A stretch of 64,000 nucleotides of DNA from Dendrobates tinctorius (Eukaryota): NCBI RefSeq assembly GCF_039654945.1, contig NW_027361866.1, forward strand, positions 3,844,001 to 3,908,000, read 5' to 3'. Positions 12,635-25,424 of this stretch are shown in pieces. The notes under the pieces are model-generated. The model worked only from the letters and a program-made list of their open reading frames with translations. It was not told the origin of the DNA and searched no databases. Numbering within the stretch: position 1 is the first letter of the stretch; every line of letters starts with the position of its first letter. A program made the position numbers and the translations under genes.

Positions 12635-14424
12635 TGGGTAGCCCTCCCAGGGCTGTGGGGTACTCGGTACCGGGCCGTTGTCAGGGGGATGTGTCACAGC
12701 AGTGGTGACCCGGTCCGTGGCCCTGGGTGCCCAAGTCAATGGCGGATGATGTTTGTAATGTAGTTTATATGGAAAGTTCGTGACGCCACCTGTGGTGTTT
12801 GGCAAGTGAGGTGTTAGCCAACGCTGCATGCAGATCCTCTGGGGCTGATGGTGTGTTGCAGCTTAGATGGTGTAGCTCCCCACAGGTGAAGTGGTAACCC
12901 CAGGGCAGTGTATAGGCGCAGGCGGTGTGAGGAGCGTGGGTTCCCAGATGTAGCAGTGCTGGCGGTGTTGACGCAAAATTGAATGGAAGACACCAGGGCT
13001 TGTAGTTCCAAAGCTTTACTCACAGTTCGTGGTACACACTGGTGCCTGCCTCCGTGCCATGTCCTCCGGGGCAAAGACTCAATCAACCTCCCGGGCAAGT
13101 CAGGATTCTCCTCTCCGACATTCCGCCAACATGTGCCTTTCCTGAACGACTCCTCTATTGCGCCTTTTAGTGTGGAGAGCTCCAGTACCGTGGTTCTCTG
13201 AAGTCCTCCTGTCAGATGTTCCTAACAACTCTACTTGTATGACAGACAGCTGTAGCCTGATCAGGGACCTCCTGGATCCCGGCTCTCTGTTGTTTCCCAA
13301 GTCTTAGATGGGAGTAGTGCATTTACAGCCAACTACTCCACCGGTGCCTGCTGCAGAACCATACGCGTCCATACTACCTCAGGAACCGGGCCCCGGCCTT
13401 GCGCTGAGAACCTATAGGCAGGGTTCCTCTTCCAACCCACAACTCCTCTCTGTTCTCCTACTCCTTCGTTCCGTACTTGTCTTTCTCTCTATGGAAGCTT
13501 AGGTTGCAGTTCTACGTCTTTCTCCTTCTTTTCTCTTTCCCGTGCCAGATGGCTCAGATCACTGAGGCAGCTGCAGCACTCCTTCTCTCCTCGGACCCGT
13601 CCTCAGACTCTCCTGACTGACTGTCCTTCTCACTCCTCTGGGACTCACCCCAGACTGACCTGAACTGAGCTCCAATTCTAAACCTTTCCAACCTTTTATA
13701 TGAATCTAAACTCCACCCACCTCCCAGCACATCTCGTGTTACAAAGCAAGGTACCACGAAAGGTGCTCTGCTATCCTCTAAGCATGTGCCGCAGTGTGAT
13801 CAGTGCTGAACTATCCTGTGTGTGGGATGCAGGTGTTGGAGTACGGAAAGGAGCTCCCAACTAAGGCCTCTTTCACACTTCAGTTTTTTGTGTCAGTTAC
13901 AATCCGCCAAAAGGACGGATAGCGGATCCGATTTAGTATTGATGAGAACGGATGCCACCCGTCCATTTTTTTTACGGATCCGCCAAATGAAGAATGTTAA
14001 AGGAATCGCAGCCTGGAAAAAGAGAGAGAGAGAATTTTTTTTTTTTTTGTCAGGCACCCAGACAGAATTTCGGGTTAAATTAGTGTCTGGAGGATCCGCC
14101 GGCCAAAAAAACGTTGCAAGCTCCGTTTGGAAATCTTTGAGGATGTTGACGGACAGCAACATTTTGGCGGATCCGCACAAAAACGGATGCAACGGACGGC
14201 AATCCATCAAGATCCACCAATAATGAAAGTCAATGGGGAAAAAAACGGATCCGCAAAGAAAAATGGCGGATCCGTTTTTTTTCAAAATCGGCGGATCTTG
14301 ACTCTCAAAAATGGTTGACTCTCAAAAATGGAAGTGTGAAAGAGGCCTTACCAGGATGGTGGGGCACTACACCTTAGGAGAAGGTGCAGTACCGCTGTGG
14401 CGACTGAGCCTCAGGGGTGCCACA
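12635..14424 (-). mobile_element. Solo LTR (gypsy-type) with 4-bp TSD TAAT
   Basis: TG...CA ends; TAAT at 12631-34 and 14425-28; the CR1 sequence rejoins seamlessly once it is removed. Strand inferred. Confidence 0.85.
13865..14347. mobile_element. Harbinger-type MITE inside the solo LTR
   Basis: TAA-GGCCTCTTTCACACTT ... AAGTGTGAAAGAGGCC-TTA; internal GCGGATCCG repeats. Confidence 0.9.
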
Positions 14425-15306
14425 TAATAACTTGTCTTGGTATTGCAGACCCCCTAGTTCCCTAATAACCTTGGTCATTCTTCGCTGCCCCCGCTCCAGT
14501 TCAGCTATGTCTTCCTTATACACCGGAGACCAGAACTGTACACAGTATTCTAAGTGTGGTCGCACTAGTGACTTATATAGAGGTAAAATTATGTTCTCCT
14601 CATGAGCACCTATGCCTCTTTTAATGCATCCCATTATTCTATTTGCCTTTGCAGCAGCTGCTTGACACTTGCCACTAAATGTGAGTTTGTCGTCCACCCA
14701 TGCATCCAGGTCTTTTTCAGTGACAGTTTTGCCCAGTGTTTTACAATTAAGCACATAATTATACATCTTGTTCGTTCTATCCAAGTGCATGACCTTACAT
14801 TTATCCCCATTAAAGCTCATTTGCCATTTATCAGCCCAAGCTTCTAGTTTACATAAATCCTCCTGTAATATAAAATTGTCCTCCTCAGTATTGATTACCC
14901 TGCAGAGTTTCATGTCATCTGCAAATATTGAAATTCTACTCTCTATGCCCTCTACAAGGTCATTAATAAATATGTTAAAAAGAAGCAGGCCCAATACTTA
15001 CCCCTGTGGTACCACACTGCTAACCGTGACCCAGTCCGAGTGTGCTCCATTAATAACCACCCTTTGTTTCCTATCCCTGAGCCAGCTCTTTACCCACCTA
15101 CACATATTTTCGGAGAAATACTTAATTTCTTGAACAATTTTATGGGTGCCAAGAATTTCAGCCATAACTGTATAAAAACAGATAATAATTTTAATTATAT
15201 AGCACCAACTATTTCTACAGCACTTTACAATTAAGCGTGGACATGTACAGACAAAAAAACATTACAAAGCAACAGATAGTTCAATAGTTACAGGAGGCAT
15301 GAGGGC

Positions 15307-16063
15307 CATAGCTATGGTAACAGAACCAAGCTTACTGCATAGCTATGGTAACAGAACCAAGCTTACCGCATAGCTATTGTAACAGAACCAAGCTTACTGC
15401 ACAGCTATGGTAACAGAATCAAGCTTACTGCATAGCTGTGGTAACAGAACCAAGCTTACCGCATAGCTATGGTAACAAACCCAAGCTTACTGCATAGTTA
15501 TGGTAACAAAACCAAACTTATTGCATAGATATGGTAACAGAACCAAACTTACTGCATAGCTATGGTAACAAACTCAAGCTTATTGCATAGTTATGGTAAC
15601 AAAACCAAACTTATTGCATAGATATGGTAACAGAACCAAACTTATTGCATAGATATTGTAACAGAACCAAACTTACTGCATAGTTATGGTAACAGAACCA
15701 AACTTATTGCATAGAGATGGTAACAGAACCAAACTTACTGCATAGCTATGGTAACAGAACCAAACTTACTGCATAGCTATGGTAACAAAACCAAACTTAC
15801 TGCATAGATATGGTAACAAAACCAAACTTACTGCATAGATATGGTAACAGAACCAAACTTATTGCATAGATATGGTAACAGAACCAAACTTACTGCATAG
15901 TTATGGTAACAGAACCAAACTTATTGCATAGATATGGTAACAGAACCAAACTTACTGCATAGCTATGGTAACAGAACCAAACTTACTGCATAGCTATGGT
16001 AACAAAACCAAACTTACTGCATAGATATGGTAACAGAACCAAGCTGGCTGCATAGCTATGGTA
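15307..16063. repeat. 31-bp minisatellite, about 24 copies (CATAGMTATGGTAACAGAACCAARCTTAYTG)
   Basis: Direct head-to-tail repeats with no spacers. Confidence 0.95.
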
Positions 16064-18264
16064 TCAGGGCTCAGTTTACAACACAGATGTGGTAACAAAC
16101 CTTTGCTTATACTGTTATTCAATACAAAAAAAGAGAAAAAGCTCACACAAGAATGATTCAATGACTGTGTTGAACATAGAGCATAATCTTGAATAGAGGA
16201 GGATTCAGCATCCATACTGAGATAAAATCTTTCAAACTTTCTCTCTCTTCATTAAAAACAAACCATGTAGTCAGATAAACAGAGCATAACCATTACTGTG
16301 GCTATTTCGGTTAGATTGACATGGGTAATGCTCTGTTAGAAGCAAAATATATCCTCTTCTGCTGAAATAAAAAAACATAAAGGCACAGCAAAAAGAGCGC
16401 ACAAAACACATTCTGCCAAATTTAGTGGCCCAGTAGCCTGATTTGAAAAACACTTGCCTCTAAGGAAAGGCAGAAACTTTTTTTCTGCATATAAAAAATG
16501 GTTTTAGCAGATCTCAACACTGATCTACGGTAAATGTCTAATGTCTGGGCTCCAACAAGCAGCAGAGAGCCAAATCTTTGCAAGAAACCAGAACAATTCA
16601 GCAGACTGTACTGAGGAAGCCATGTGGGCACAGGCTGAAACCTATGATTTCTGGTTGAAGCCAACAGAGTGGCCTATAACCAAATTTGGAATTGACATCT
16701 ACACAACTTTGCAGATTCCCGATAGGCAGCCCACTCTTATTCCCCACATCTTCCAGCCCCTTCTATTCCTGATAGTTTGAGCCTAAGGTTCTCCTTTGTT
16801 GTCTGACATTAGCCATCAAGGTGTTCTGCTAGAGCAAAGCTAGAGCTGCTTCAACCTCCACATACCGCTTCTCATGCTGCCTGTCATTAGTGACGTCAGA
16901 GAACTTTTTTCTCCGGCTGTGTCTGTGTGTTTACAGACTGCCAGAGTACAGGTGCCCAGTGACCCTGTGTGGGGGAGGAGGTAAAAGGAGGTCTTCACAA
17001 AAATCATCTTCAGAAGATTTTACAGGTTGCTTACAGGGGCGAAAGGCCTATCCATGTTTGGGTGTGGCTTAACATTGGGGGATGAATATTCCATCTTCAG
17101 GATCTATCTTCTTGGAGATAGAATTGGCTATAGTAAGTAATCATAACAACGTGAAGGACATTTTAGATTAAGTTCTCACAATGAATTTTTGGTGAGTTTT
17201 TGATGCTGCATATTTTTGCTGCATAAGAGCTGCAGCGTCCTACTCTTCCAGGAAGGTGGATGAGATTTATAGAAATGTTATGCCAACTATTTCTTTCTTT
17301 TTTCTCAACACTGCATATATTGATCTGCAGTGCATGTTTGTAATCCACAACATGTCAATTTCTCTTGCAGGTACGCTGAGTTTGATATGCGGATTTTCCC
17401 CATAGATTTGCATTAGGAGCGGAAAATCTGCAGGTTAAAATAAAAACACATATCCTGGCAAAACACACTAAAAACACAATGAAATTCACATGACTGTATC
17501 AATAAAGTTTTGTCGAAGCCAAATACCAGGAAGTATCAAAAACAAAGCAGCTTTATTTAAAGCATGACACACCAAAAAGACACAAAAAATGCAGCGTCAA
17601 AAACGAATTAGAAAAACTCAATGAAAAAAGCAGTTCATGTAGGACTGATCACTAAGAAATCCCTGAAAGCAAAGAAAAATGATGAAGAATAAGAATAGTT
17701 AATGAATGAGCCACTGAGCGAGCAGTCAGAGGTAGGAAGAGATCCTTCAGGTCAATAGAGAGGAGCCTACTGAGAAGGAGTTGGCGGTCAACTGTGTCAA
17801 ATGCTGGAAATAAGTCAGAAAGAATAAGTTAAGAGGAACAAAGTACAACTGTAAATGCTATTGCCAGTGTTAATATGTGCTCTGCAATTAGCTCTAAACC
17901 ATTTATTGGTTATAGCCAGGATGCTGAGGCACAAGCGGTAGGGGAGACCACTAATGAGTCTTATAACTTTCCCATAGCTGCACTTGCTGGTGAAAGTGAG
18001 GAACAGGAGGAAATTGCTGATATGTCTGAGTTAGAAGTTTCGCATGATAAGTTTGGGACTGCTCAGCCTAGAAACACTACTTTAATTAAAAGCCAGAGAA
18101 AATACCACGGTGTTTAAAAAACTGCCTCAATATAAAGGGTTTCCACACATGACCAAAAATTGTGAGTTCCTCTTCCCAGGAAATTGTGTTTAATTGAAGA
18201 GTAACTAAATATTGTAATAATTATTATTATTATTTATTCATAATTTTGCCCAGCTAGGAAAGTT

Positions 18265-18540
18265 GGGGCAGCACGGTGGCTCAGTGGATAGCACAGCAGC
18301 CTTGTAGCGCTGGGCTCCTGGGTTCAAATCCCACCAAGGACAACATCTGCAAGGAGTTTGTATGTTCTCCATGTGTTTTTGTGGGTTTCTTCCGGGTACT
18401 CCGGTTTCCTCCCACACTCCAAAGCCATACTGATAGGGAATTTTTGATTGTGAGCCCCATTGGGGACAGTGATGATAATGTGTGCAAACTGTAAAGCGCT
18501 GTGGGATATGTTAGTGCTATATAAAAATAAAGATTATTAA
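18265..18540 (+). mobile_element. tRNA-derived V-SINE
   Basis: A box TGGCTCAGTGG, B box GGTTCAAATCC, V-domain GAGTTTGTATGTTCTCC...GGTTTCCTCCCACA and AT-rich tail. Confidence 0.9.
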
Positions 18541-18718
18541 AGTTAGGAAACTTGTAAATAACACAACACCGCACAGAAATAACACAATAGGTGAGACATC
18601 TATTGCATTATTTCTGTGCTGTTTTGTGTATAAATAAATATAATAAAATAGCGGCGCAAGCATATATATGCTGAATCAGCTGCAAGTATCAACACTCCCC
18701 TTACCACAATGGGGTATA

Positions 18719-20163
18719 ATGCACAGAATTAAGAATAAAAATATAGATTCTCGCGCTTTGACTCAGTCATAACAGAACATCACTGATAAATTCATCAAAA
18801 AATATATATACCTTATATCAGTTTGTTGAGAGGTGTTTTTGAATGAGGAAGGATGTGGCTTTTATCAGAAAGCTTATTATAACTGACTAAAAAATTAAAA
18901 AGAAGGGAAAATATATAAGGGCTATGTATAAACGCACTCAATAAAACAACAATAAAAATTCTTTCCGTTCTTTAGCATGCACTGGAAATATTTACCAACA
19001 TTTAACAGTGTGTGCCCAACTTATAAAAACAGCACGATTAATCCCCAATCTCATATTAATAGATCATATCATGCTGAAATAGCGTGAGGAAACACTCCTG
19101 AATGTAAATGTCTAGCGCTATGTACTTTTATTAGCGCCACTTGATAAAGTGCTATGACTACAACCATATATCGATATAAGTAAGTAAAGTCCGATAGCTT
19201 TGTGGAGAGAGCACCTTATTCAAATCAGTGAGTAAAGGCTATAAAGTGCCGTAAGTGCTGAGACCATATAACAATATGCGCAAGTAAAGTCCGATACCTT
19301 TGTGGAGGAAGCACCTTATTCAGACCTGCTATTCAGATGAACGGCTAATCCTGGAGTGATGTCCTTTGTTCAGAGCTGCTTTTCCAATGAGCGGCTATTT
19401 CTGGAGCAATGTCCTGGCCGAAGACAAGCTCCCTGGGTGGGCTGTTGAGACGAGTGGTAGGCGCGCTATGCGCGGAAAACGCCAACAGGTCCTGTGAGTA
19501 GCTAGGACCTATGTGACGTCTTCAAATCACGTGACCGACAAAGTCACGTAGTATACAGCAGAAGAGTATAGTGTGCAAAAGGAGCCAATAGTCCTAGTCC
19601 TACGCATTTCGGAATTACTGCAGATTCCATCCCTGATTCCTTCCTTACTCACTGATTTGAATAAGGTGCTCTCTCCACAAAGCTATCGGACTTTACTTAC
19701 TTATATCGATATATGGTTGTAGTCATAGCACTTTATCAAGTGGCGCTAATAAAAGTACATAGCGCTAGACATTTACATTCAGGAGTGTTTCCTCACGCTA
19801 TTTCAGCATGATATGATCTATTAATATGAGATTGGGGATTAATCGTGCTGTTTTTATAAGTTGGGCACACACTGTTAAATGTTGGTAAATATTTCCAGTG
19901 CATGCTAAAGAACGGAAAGAATTTTTATTGTTGTTTTATTGAGTGCGTTTATACATAGCCCTTATATATTTTCCCTTCTTTTTAATTTTTTAGTCGGTTA
20001 TAATAAGCTTTCTGATAAAAGCCACATCCTTCCTCATTCAAAAACACCTCTCAACAAACTAATATAAGGTATATATATTTTTTGATGAATTTATATCACT
20101 GATGTTCTGTTATGATTGAGTCAAAGCGCGAGTATCTATATTTTTATTCTTAATTTTGTGTAT
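18719..20163. repeat. Near-perfect ~515-bp inverted repeat (18719-19235 / 19645-20163), Penelope-like fold-back
   Basis: Arms are reverse complements with few mismatches; ~410-bp spacer ending in a hammerhead-like remnant. Confidence 0.9.
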
Positions 20164-20194
20164 AAATATGTGATTCCTCAGATGTTGTATTAGT

Positions 20195-20240
20195 CTAGCC
20201 TGATGAAGAGACCTGAGTAGTCTCGAAAGCTTGCAATGTG
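20195..20240 (+). ncRNA. Minimal hammerhead ribozyme motif in a Penelope-like pseudo-LTR (pLTR fragment to ~20305)
   Basis: CTGATGA-A-[GAGAC-CTGAGTA-GTCTC]-GAAA-GCTT: catalytic core, 5-bp stem II and palindromic stem III; stem I weak. Confidence 0.7.
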
Positions 20241-21086
20241 TTACCACCTTTTCAGTTAGCCATTAAAAGGTATCAACCACTGAGGACTCTCAATTCTAAA
20301 TATTCTTCTAAGAATCCTCTAATAATGCAATTTGTAAAGTTTTAGAACTTTCCATGCTGGACAAAACTATTAAATAAGATGAAAGTTTATTTATTCTTTA
20401 ACCAAAGAAGGACTTTCTATAGTGATAATTGTGTGTTAACGAAGGGATATATCTCAGATCCAATTCCCATAAAATGTACATTAATATAGAATGTAAGCAG
20501 GCTGCAAAAGTTTCAAACATTGGAGGCCATTGTTAATAACAGCAAGAATGTGAGGTCCCAGAAAATATTATATCAAGTCATGAGATCGGTGCCAGTAACA
20601 GTCATGGACTAAAAGGTGCTCCTGTGCCAGTTGTGGGTGACATTATTGTAAATGCCAATAGCAATCATCTGCCTCCTAGAGCGGTTGATGATTATAGCCT
20701 CCATCCTGCTATGTGCAAGGTGAGTGCTAACAAACCCCGTAAGCCTGAGAATGTGCTGAGTGTTGACCCTGCTGTAAAATGTATCCCAATGTATACCAGG
20801 ATGCCTCTGGTCTCAAAGGGTGCATAAATTCTGGTAGCAAAATGCGGTGTGATGGAGATTTCTAAACTAATGTTCATGATTATGGCAATGAGTTGATTGA
20901 CATGGTATCCAAATGTATAAACCTTGACCCTAGAGAGATTGATTCAAAATGATAAGCTACACTACCTTCATTGGGGGAGGATAATCTAGCAGGGTGGCTC
21001 GAAAAGTGACATCATGAACCCGAGAAATCTATGCTGTAGAGAAAGATGGAGAAGGACTTGGTTTCTAATTGTTAGAGCATGAAAAC

Positions 21087-22150
21087 TGTAATAGGGTCTG
21101 GTTACTGAAGTGGGAATGTGACACCGGGCTTCCACTACAATCCTGGCTTATGCTGTCTAACCAGTGAGAACTGGGAAAAACTCCATAACTAACATATGAG
21201 CTCTTCACAAAAGGCTCCCAGACTGAAAAAGAAAGTCACTCCCAGCATATGTGTGAGCAGGTACGCAGGATGCAGTGACGGACAGGAGGCAGAGCAAGGG
21301 TTAACAGATTTATTAACAGGGGAATACTCCACACAGGGAGGTATTGGGTTTAGCGGGGATGTGACAGTAATATTAGCACAGTATGGGTGTGGGGTGAAGT
21401 AATAATTGTAATAGGTAAAGCAACTGTTCATGAAAGAGTTAACTTATCAGTCCGATGGCTTCCTGACTGCAGCCTTAGGTTCCAATGTTGGCACCTACGC
21501 AACTGGCGTGTGATGATTCCGGTATCATCCTAGAGAAGTGGAGAGTCCGGTTCGCGGCAATGAGTCCTTGTTAACTTGTGAGGAGTCCAGTGTTCTAGGT
21601 TCATCATGTGTAGTACAGCACAATCTGTAACACTGCCAGAGCATGACTCAGCTCAGACAGTAGTATGCGGGTGAGGAAGGGAACAGTTCAGGATGAGTCA
21701 CCTGGTCTGTCTTAGGGGGCTTGCACATGGTAACAACTGGTCTGGAGCGCTTGGCACTTTCGGTTGCGGGAGCCAACAGGCCCACAGCAAATCTCTGTCC
21801 ACAGTCATTGTACCTGGATGCAGGGATCTATAATGCGGGCCTGTGCTGTAACGGTGCTCAGAGGACAGAGCACCAAACTTCCCCTACTGCACAATCTGTC
21901 TTCTCGCCAAGTGTCCTTTCCCTTTCCCACACACAGGCTCTTTTATCTCAGTCACGACCCTGCTGTCAAGTGCAAAGGACGGTCCGGGTTGGAGAGCTTT
22001 CCCCCGGGCAAAAATAGTGACAATCACAACAGGTCCAGAAAGAGAGGTACCCCCGGTCCAGTCCATCTCCTTACATATGGAAGCCATGATCACGACAGAT
22101 ATGGATACTAGTCATAATAAAGTTATTGGCAGTGCGGTTACAGAATTACA
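21087..22150. mobile_element. LTR-like sequence next to decayed, possibly gypsy-derived internal sequence (~20350-21060)
   Basis: TGTAAT...ATTACA ends; no TSD found. Confidence 0.4.
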
Positions 22151-22832
22151 TCCCACACTCCAAAGAAATAATGATGGGGAATTTAGATTGTGAGGCCCAA
22201 TGGGACAGCAAGGGCAATATCTGTAAAGTGCTGTGGAATATGATGGCGCTAAGTAAGTATAGTGAATTGAAGGAATGCTGTTAAGATTAGTTAGTTGTCA
22301 GACGGCCTAGAATTTCATTTTCTACTGTGATATGACTTCCTTTGCCACATGACAAGAAAATAAAGCTAGTTGGGGACTTGCTGTGTTGGAGTAAAATTAA
22401 TTGATATCCATCTTACCCAAGATATGATGATGCCATGAGCTCATTGATTCCCAAGTTGTTAGAATGTATATGGATACTCAAATCAACATCAGCCAACAAA
22501 TAATCAGATAAAGGGAACATGCCAGCTGATTCATGCTGCTCCTAAGTGGATCAGAGTCTGGTTTCATGATTGCCACTATGTATATTTTTCTATGAAATAC
22601 TTCACAGTTTCAGACAAAATACAATTTGAAAATTTGACCGGGACATAAGAATAGACTGGTCCATTGCTGTCCCTTGGTCTGCTTTTCCCAGTGCCTTTCC
22701 AGGTGGTTGACAGGTGTTTTACTATGGGGAGACCTGTCAATCACCTGAACCCATCCAGGGGCGGGGTGGCTCCGGAGTAATCTCATCTCCGTCTATGGAC
22801 CCGGGCAAGATCTTCTGACATAGTTTCTTTAA

Positions 22833-23221
22833 GGGCTCGCTTACACAATCGCAGATTCTCTCATCCAAGAGAATTGGGCCAATTATGCTAATGACACTCT
22901 TATAAAAGTCTGATCAGCGTTTGATCCGAGTGTCAGCATAGTGGGATCCAATTCTCTCGGATGTGTGCACACTGTGAGAAGATGGAGAACAAAATTTCTC
23001 CATCTTCTCTATTCTGCGAATACGCGGAATTTAGACTGCACTGAAATGTCATCCGAGCGTAATGCAATATTTTTTAACGCACCCATAGACTTGAATGGGT
23101 GAGTGGCATGCAAAAAAAATCAGGCATTAGCACTGCCCTATTGAGTAACATTAGCCTGAATGCTATCCAATAAAACACTGGATAGCACTCGTCCGATTTA
23201 TACGCTGGTGTGAACGAGCCC
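22833..23221. mobile_element. Harbinger-type MITE
   Basis: TAA-GGGCTCGCTTACAC ... GTGTGAACGAGCCC-TGA; central CCCATAGACTTGAATGGG motif. Confidence 0.8.
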
Positions 23222-24273
23222 TGAAACACCAGATTGTTTCAGAGAAAAGTATATCTGGCTGAGATTGTGCAGCCAAGCTCTGAGTCATGTTGCCTGTGGT
23301 TTGGGCAGCATTGAATAGACAAAAAGGTTCCTTTTAACATACAAGTATATCCTAAGAAATAGTATAAAAGCCAAAATTGAAATACTTTATTCTAATTGCA
23401 TGAGACGATTACGTCACCAAGAACACTACATGTGTTTATTTTCCATGAATAACTTGGATTATCATTGCCATGCGCCTTCAGTACCTACGAAATGTGAAGG
23501 AACAGAAGCACAGAACAATTTGATTTAATTGCTGTTAATTCTGTCTCTTTTTTCTAGCTTCCTCCCCTGCTCCTCTGAACTATATTCATATGTATGACAC
23601 ATACATCATGGCCTCTAATAATCAGACTAGTTGTTCTGGCACCTGGAATAGTTTCCAAACGCAACAGTCAGCACCAATGGGACAATGTGGAGATAGCTCT
23701 AGATTTCCCTGCACATTTCAAGCCTCCTTGGTGTGAAATGCTGAGACCACGAAAAGTGAGAAAGGGATTGGCTTCGGAGACCTCCGTTTAATCTCCAGTT
23801 GTAACAATAAGGTAAGAACTCAGCTAAACAATGTTTTTATTAGTGTGCCGGTAATTGCTGAACATTATGCCCATGTTTTGCTGTGGGTGCACAATTCAAT
23901 TTAAATTGCTCAGCCCCTGCGGGACCTGATCATACATTCCTACAGATAGTCCTGGGGCACTAAATGAGAGCAGGGGGAGAGGAGATCCTCTTGCAAGACA
24001 TATTGATTGCCCGCCACACAGTTCCATCATTCAGCTCCTGCTGAAAGGAAAAGGTTATCTGAGCAATATTAAAACAAGACAAGACCAGCATATTATGAAG
24101 CTTTCACTTGGGAAGGCAGCATATCTGGCCAGGCAAGAAAGATCTACAATTCAGCTTAGATATAATGGTGTATTCGAATCCAAGCCAATATGCAGTGTCC
24201 ATCAATGGTTCCTCTAGTGTCACAACCTTCTATATCCATAAAATGTTAAATCTTACAATTCCCAGGCTCTTAC

Positions 24274-24428
24274 CCGTCAGTGCAGTTAGGATGGCAGGGG
24301 CGGCATTCTCTATCCTCATCTGCATATTTAAAAATGAAGCTGTGCGCCCCTTGCAGGCCTTCAGGACATTTCTCCACACAATTAGGACCATCTTTAAAGT
24401 TGGAACATTTTGCGCAGCTGTCAGGACC
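24274..24428 (-). CDS. ERBB4: ERBB4-family exon 15 equivalent (155 nt): [52 protein letters not shown]
   Basis: AG/GTAAG boundaries; [12 protein letters not shown] and [14 protein letters not shown] motifs are ERBB4-specific. Confidence 0.96.
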
Positions 24429-25330
24429 CTAAAAAGTATAAAAATGCTAAAGTCAAAATGATAATATGAAATCAACTCGTTATTCAGCTCAGTTATAAAG
24501 GCATTCACATCAGCAGGTGCAACAATATCAGTTCTGGAAAGACTTTCCTTCAATATGTAAGAACACAACCTGAGTGAAAGCATAATTGTGCAGGAGAATA
24601 AACAGCAATCAACGTGATCCTGAATAAGGTAAACTACAATTTTTCATTTAGAGGTCATAGACATGTCTCTGTCTATAGGAAAGCCTCTGGGCTCTTGTCC
24701 AAATGATACAAAAAGAGACAGTGTTCACCCATGTGTGCCAAGTTTCAGTCCTACTCAATGGACCTGCTTGTGAAAGATCTAATAGGGTAGTGATTAAATG
24801 TTCAAAGATAGATTCAGGAGGGGATGCAGACAGAAGAGGACCCCTGTGCAATAACGGGCTACAGGCCCTCTATAGTCCAATGACTCATCATAATGCTGAA
24901 TCCTGCTATGGAGTTGGAGGTGGGCTCCATTACTTCTTGGTCCCCTGTGTGTCTGCACAGGCTGCACCTGTGGAATGTCCACCTCTGGTTGGGTGAAATA
25001 AAGTGGATAGATGCCAAAACCTGAACAATCAAAAGTTAATTAAGGAATTGTAGACTAACTATAGGGATTTAAGGTCCCCATACACAGTAGATTAAAGCTA
25101 GACAAAACAGCCAGCGTGGTCAGCAATCTAATATGTACCTAATGTGTTTGGGAGCCTCCCAACTCTCCACTGAAAGACAAAATATATGGATGTGATAAGG
25201 GTTGATTAGTTAGAATTTTAACACCCGTTTGTTTCAGAGAGATAAGCCCCACCATGGCTATCTGGCTGCAGCTTTTTCCAAATACACATATGTTCCGTCA
25301 AGTCGTGAGGTTTAGTTGCAATTTCCTTAC

Positions 25331-25424
25331 CGGTCCATAACAAGTTGAGATGCCACCGTCCATCTTCTCACATTGATTATCACACTTGATGCAGACGGTG
25401 CCATTGGCAAACTCCCGAGTTTCC
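25331..25424 (-). CDS. ERBB4: ERBB4-family exon 14 equivalent (94 nt): [31 protein letters not shown]
   Basis: Lies inside ORF 25298..25579; AG/GTAAG boundaries; CxxCDxQCEKM motif. Confidence 0.95.

Larger units (their letters stand above)
12098..15107 (-). mobile_element. CR1 LINE 3' fragment (RT), split by a solo LTR
   Basis: ORF 14374..14994 (LLFNIFINDL, IFADD, KCKVMHL, VRPHLEYCVQFWSP) continues in ORF 12310..12627 (LFSLENRRLRGDLI). Confidence 0.93.

Noticed and set aside
15307-16063. CRISPR-like 31-bp periodicity
   Set aside because: Units are contiguous with no unique spacers, there are no cas genes, and the context is eukaryotic.
18265-18340. tRNA gene
   Set aside because: The A/B boxes belong to a SINE head; there is no full cloverleaf and the V-domain follows.
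24108-24583. Two 117-aa ORFs overlapping exon 15
   Set aside because: Wrong frame or strand; the conserved reading is the Cys-rich ERBB4 exon.
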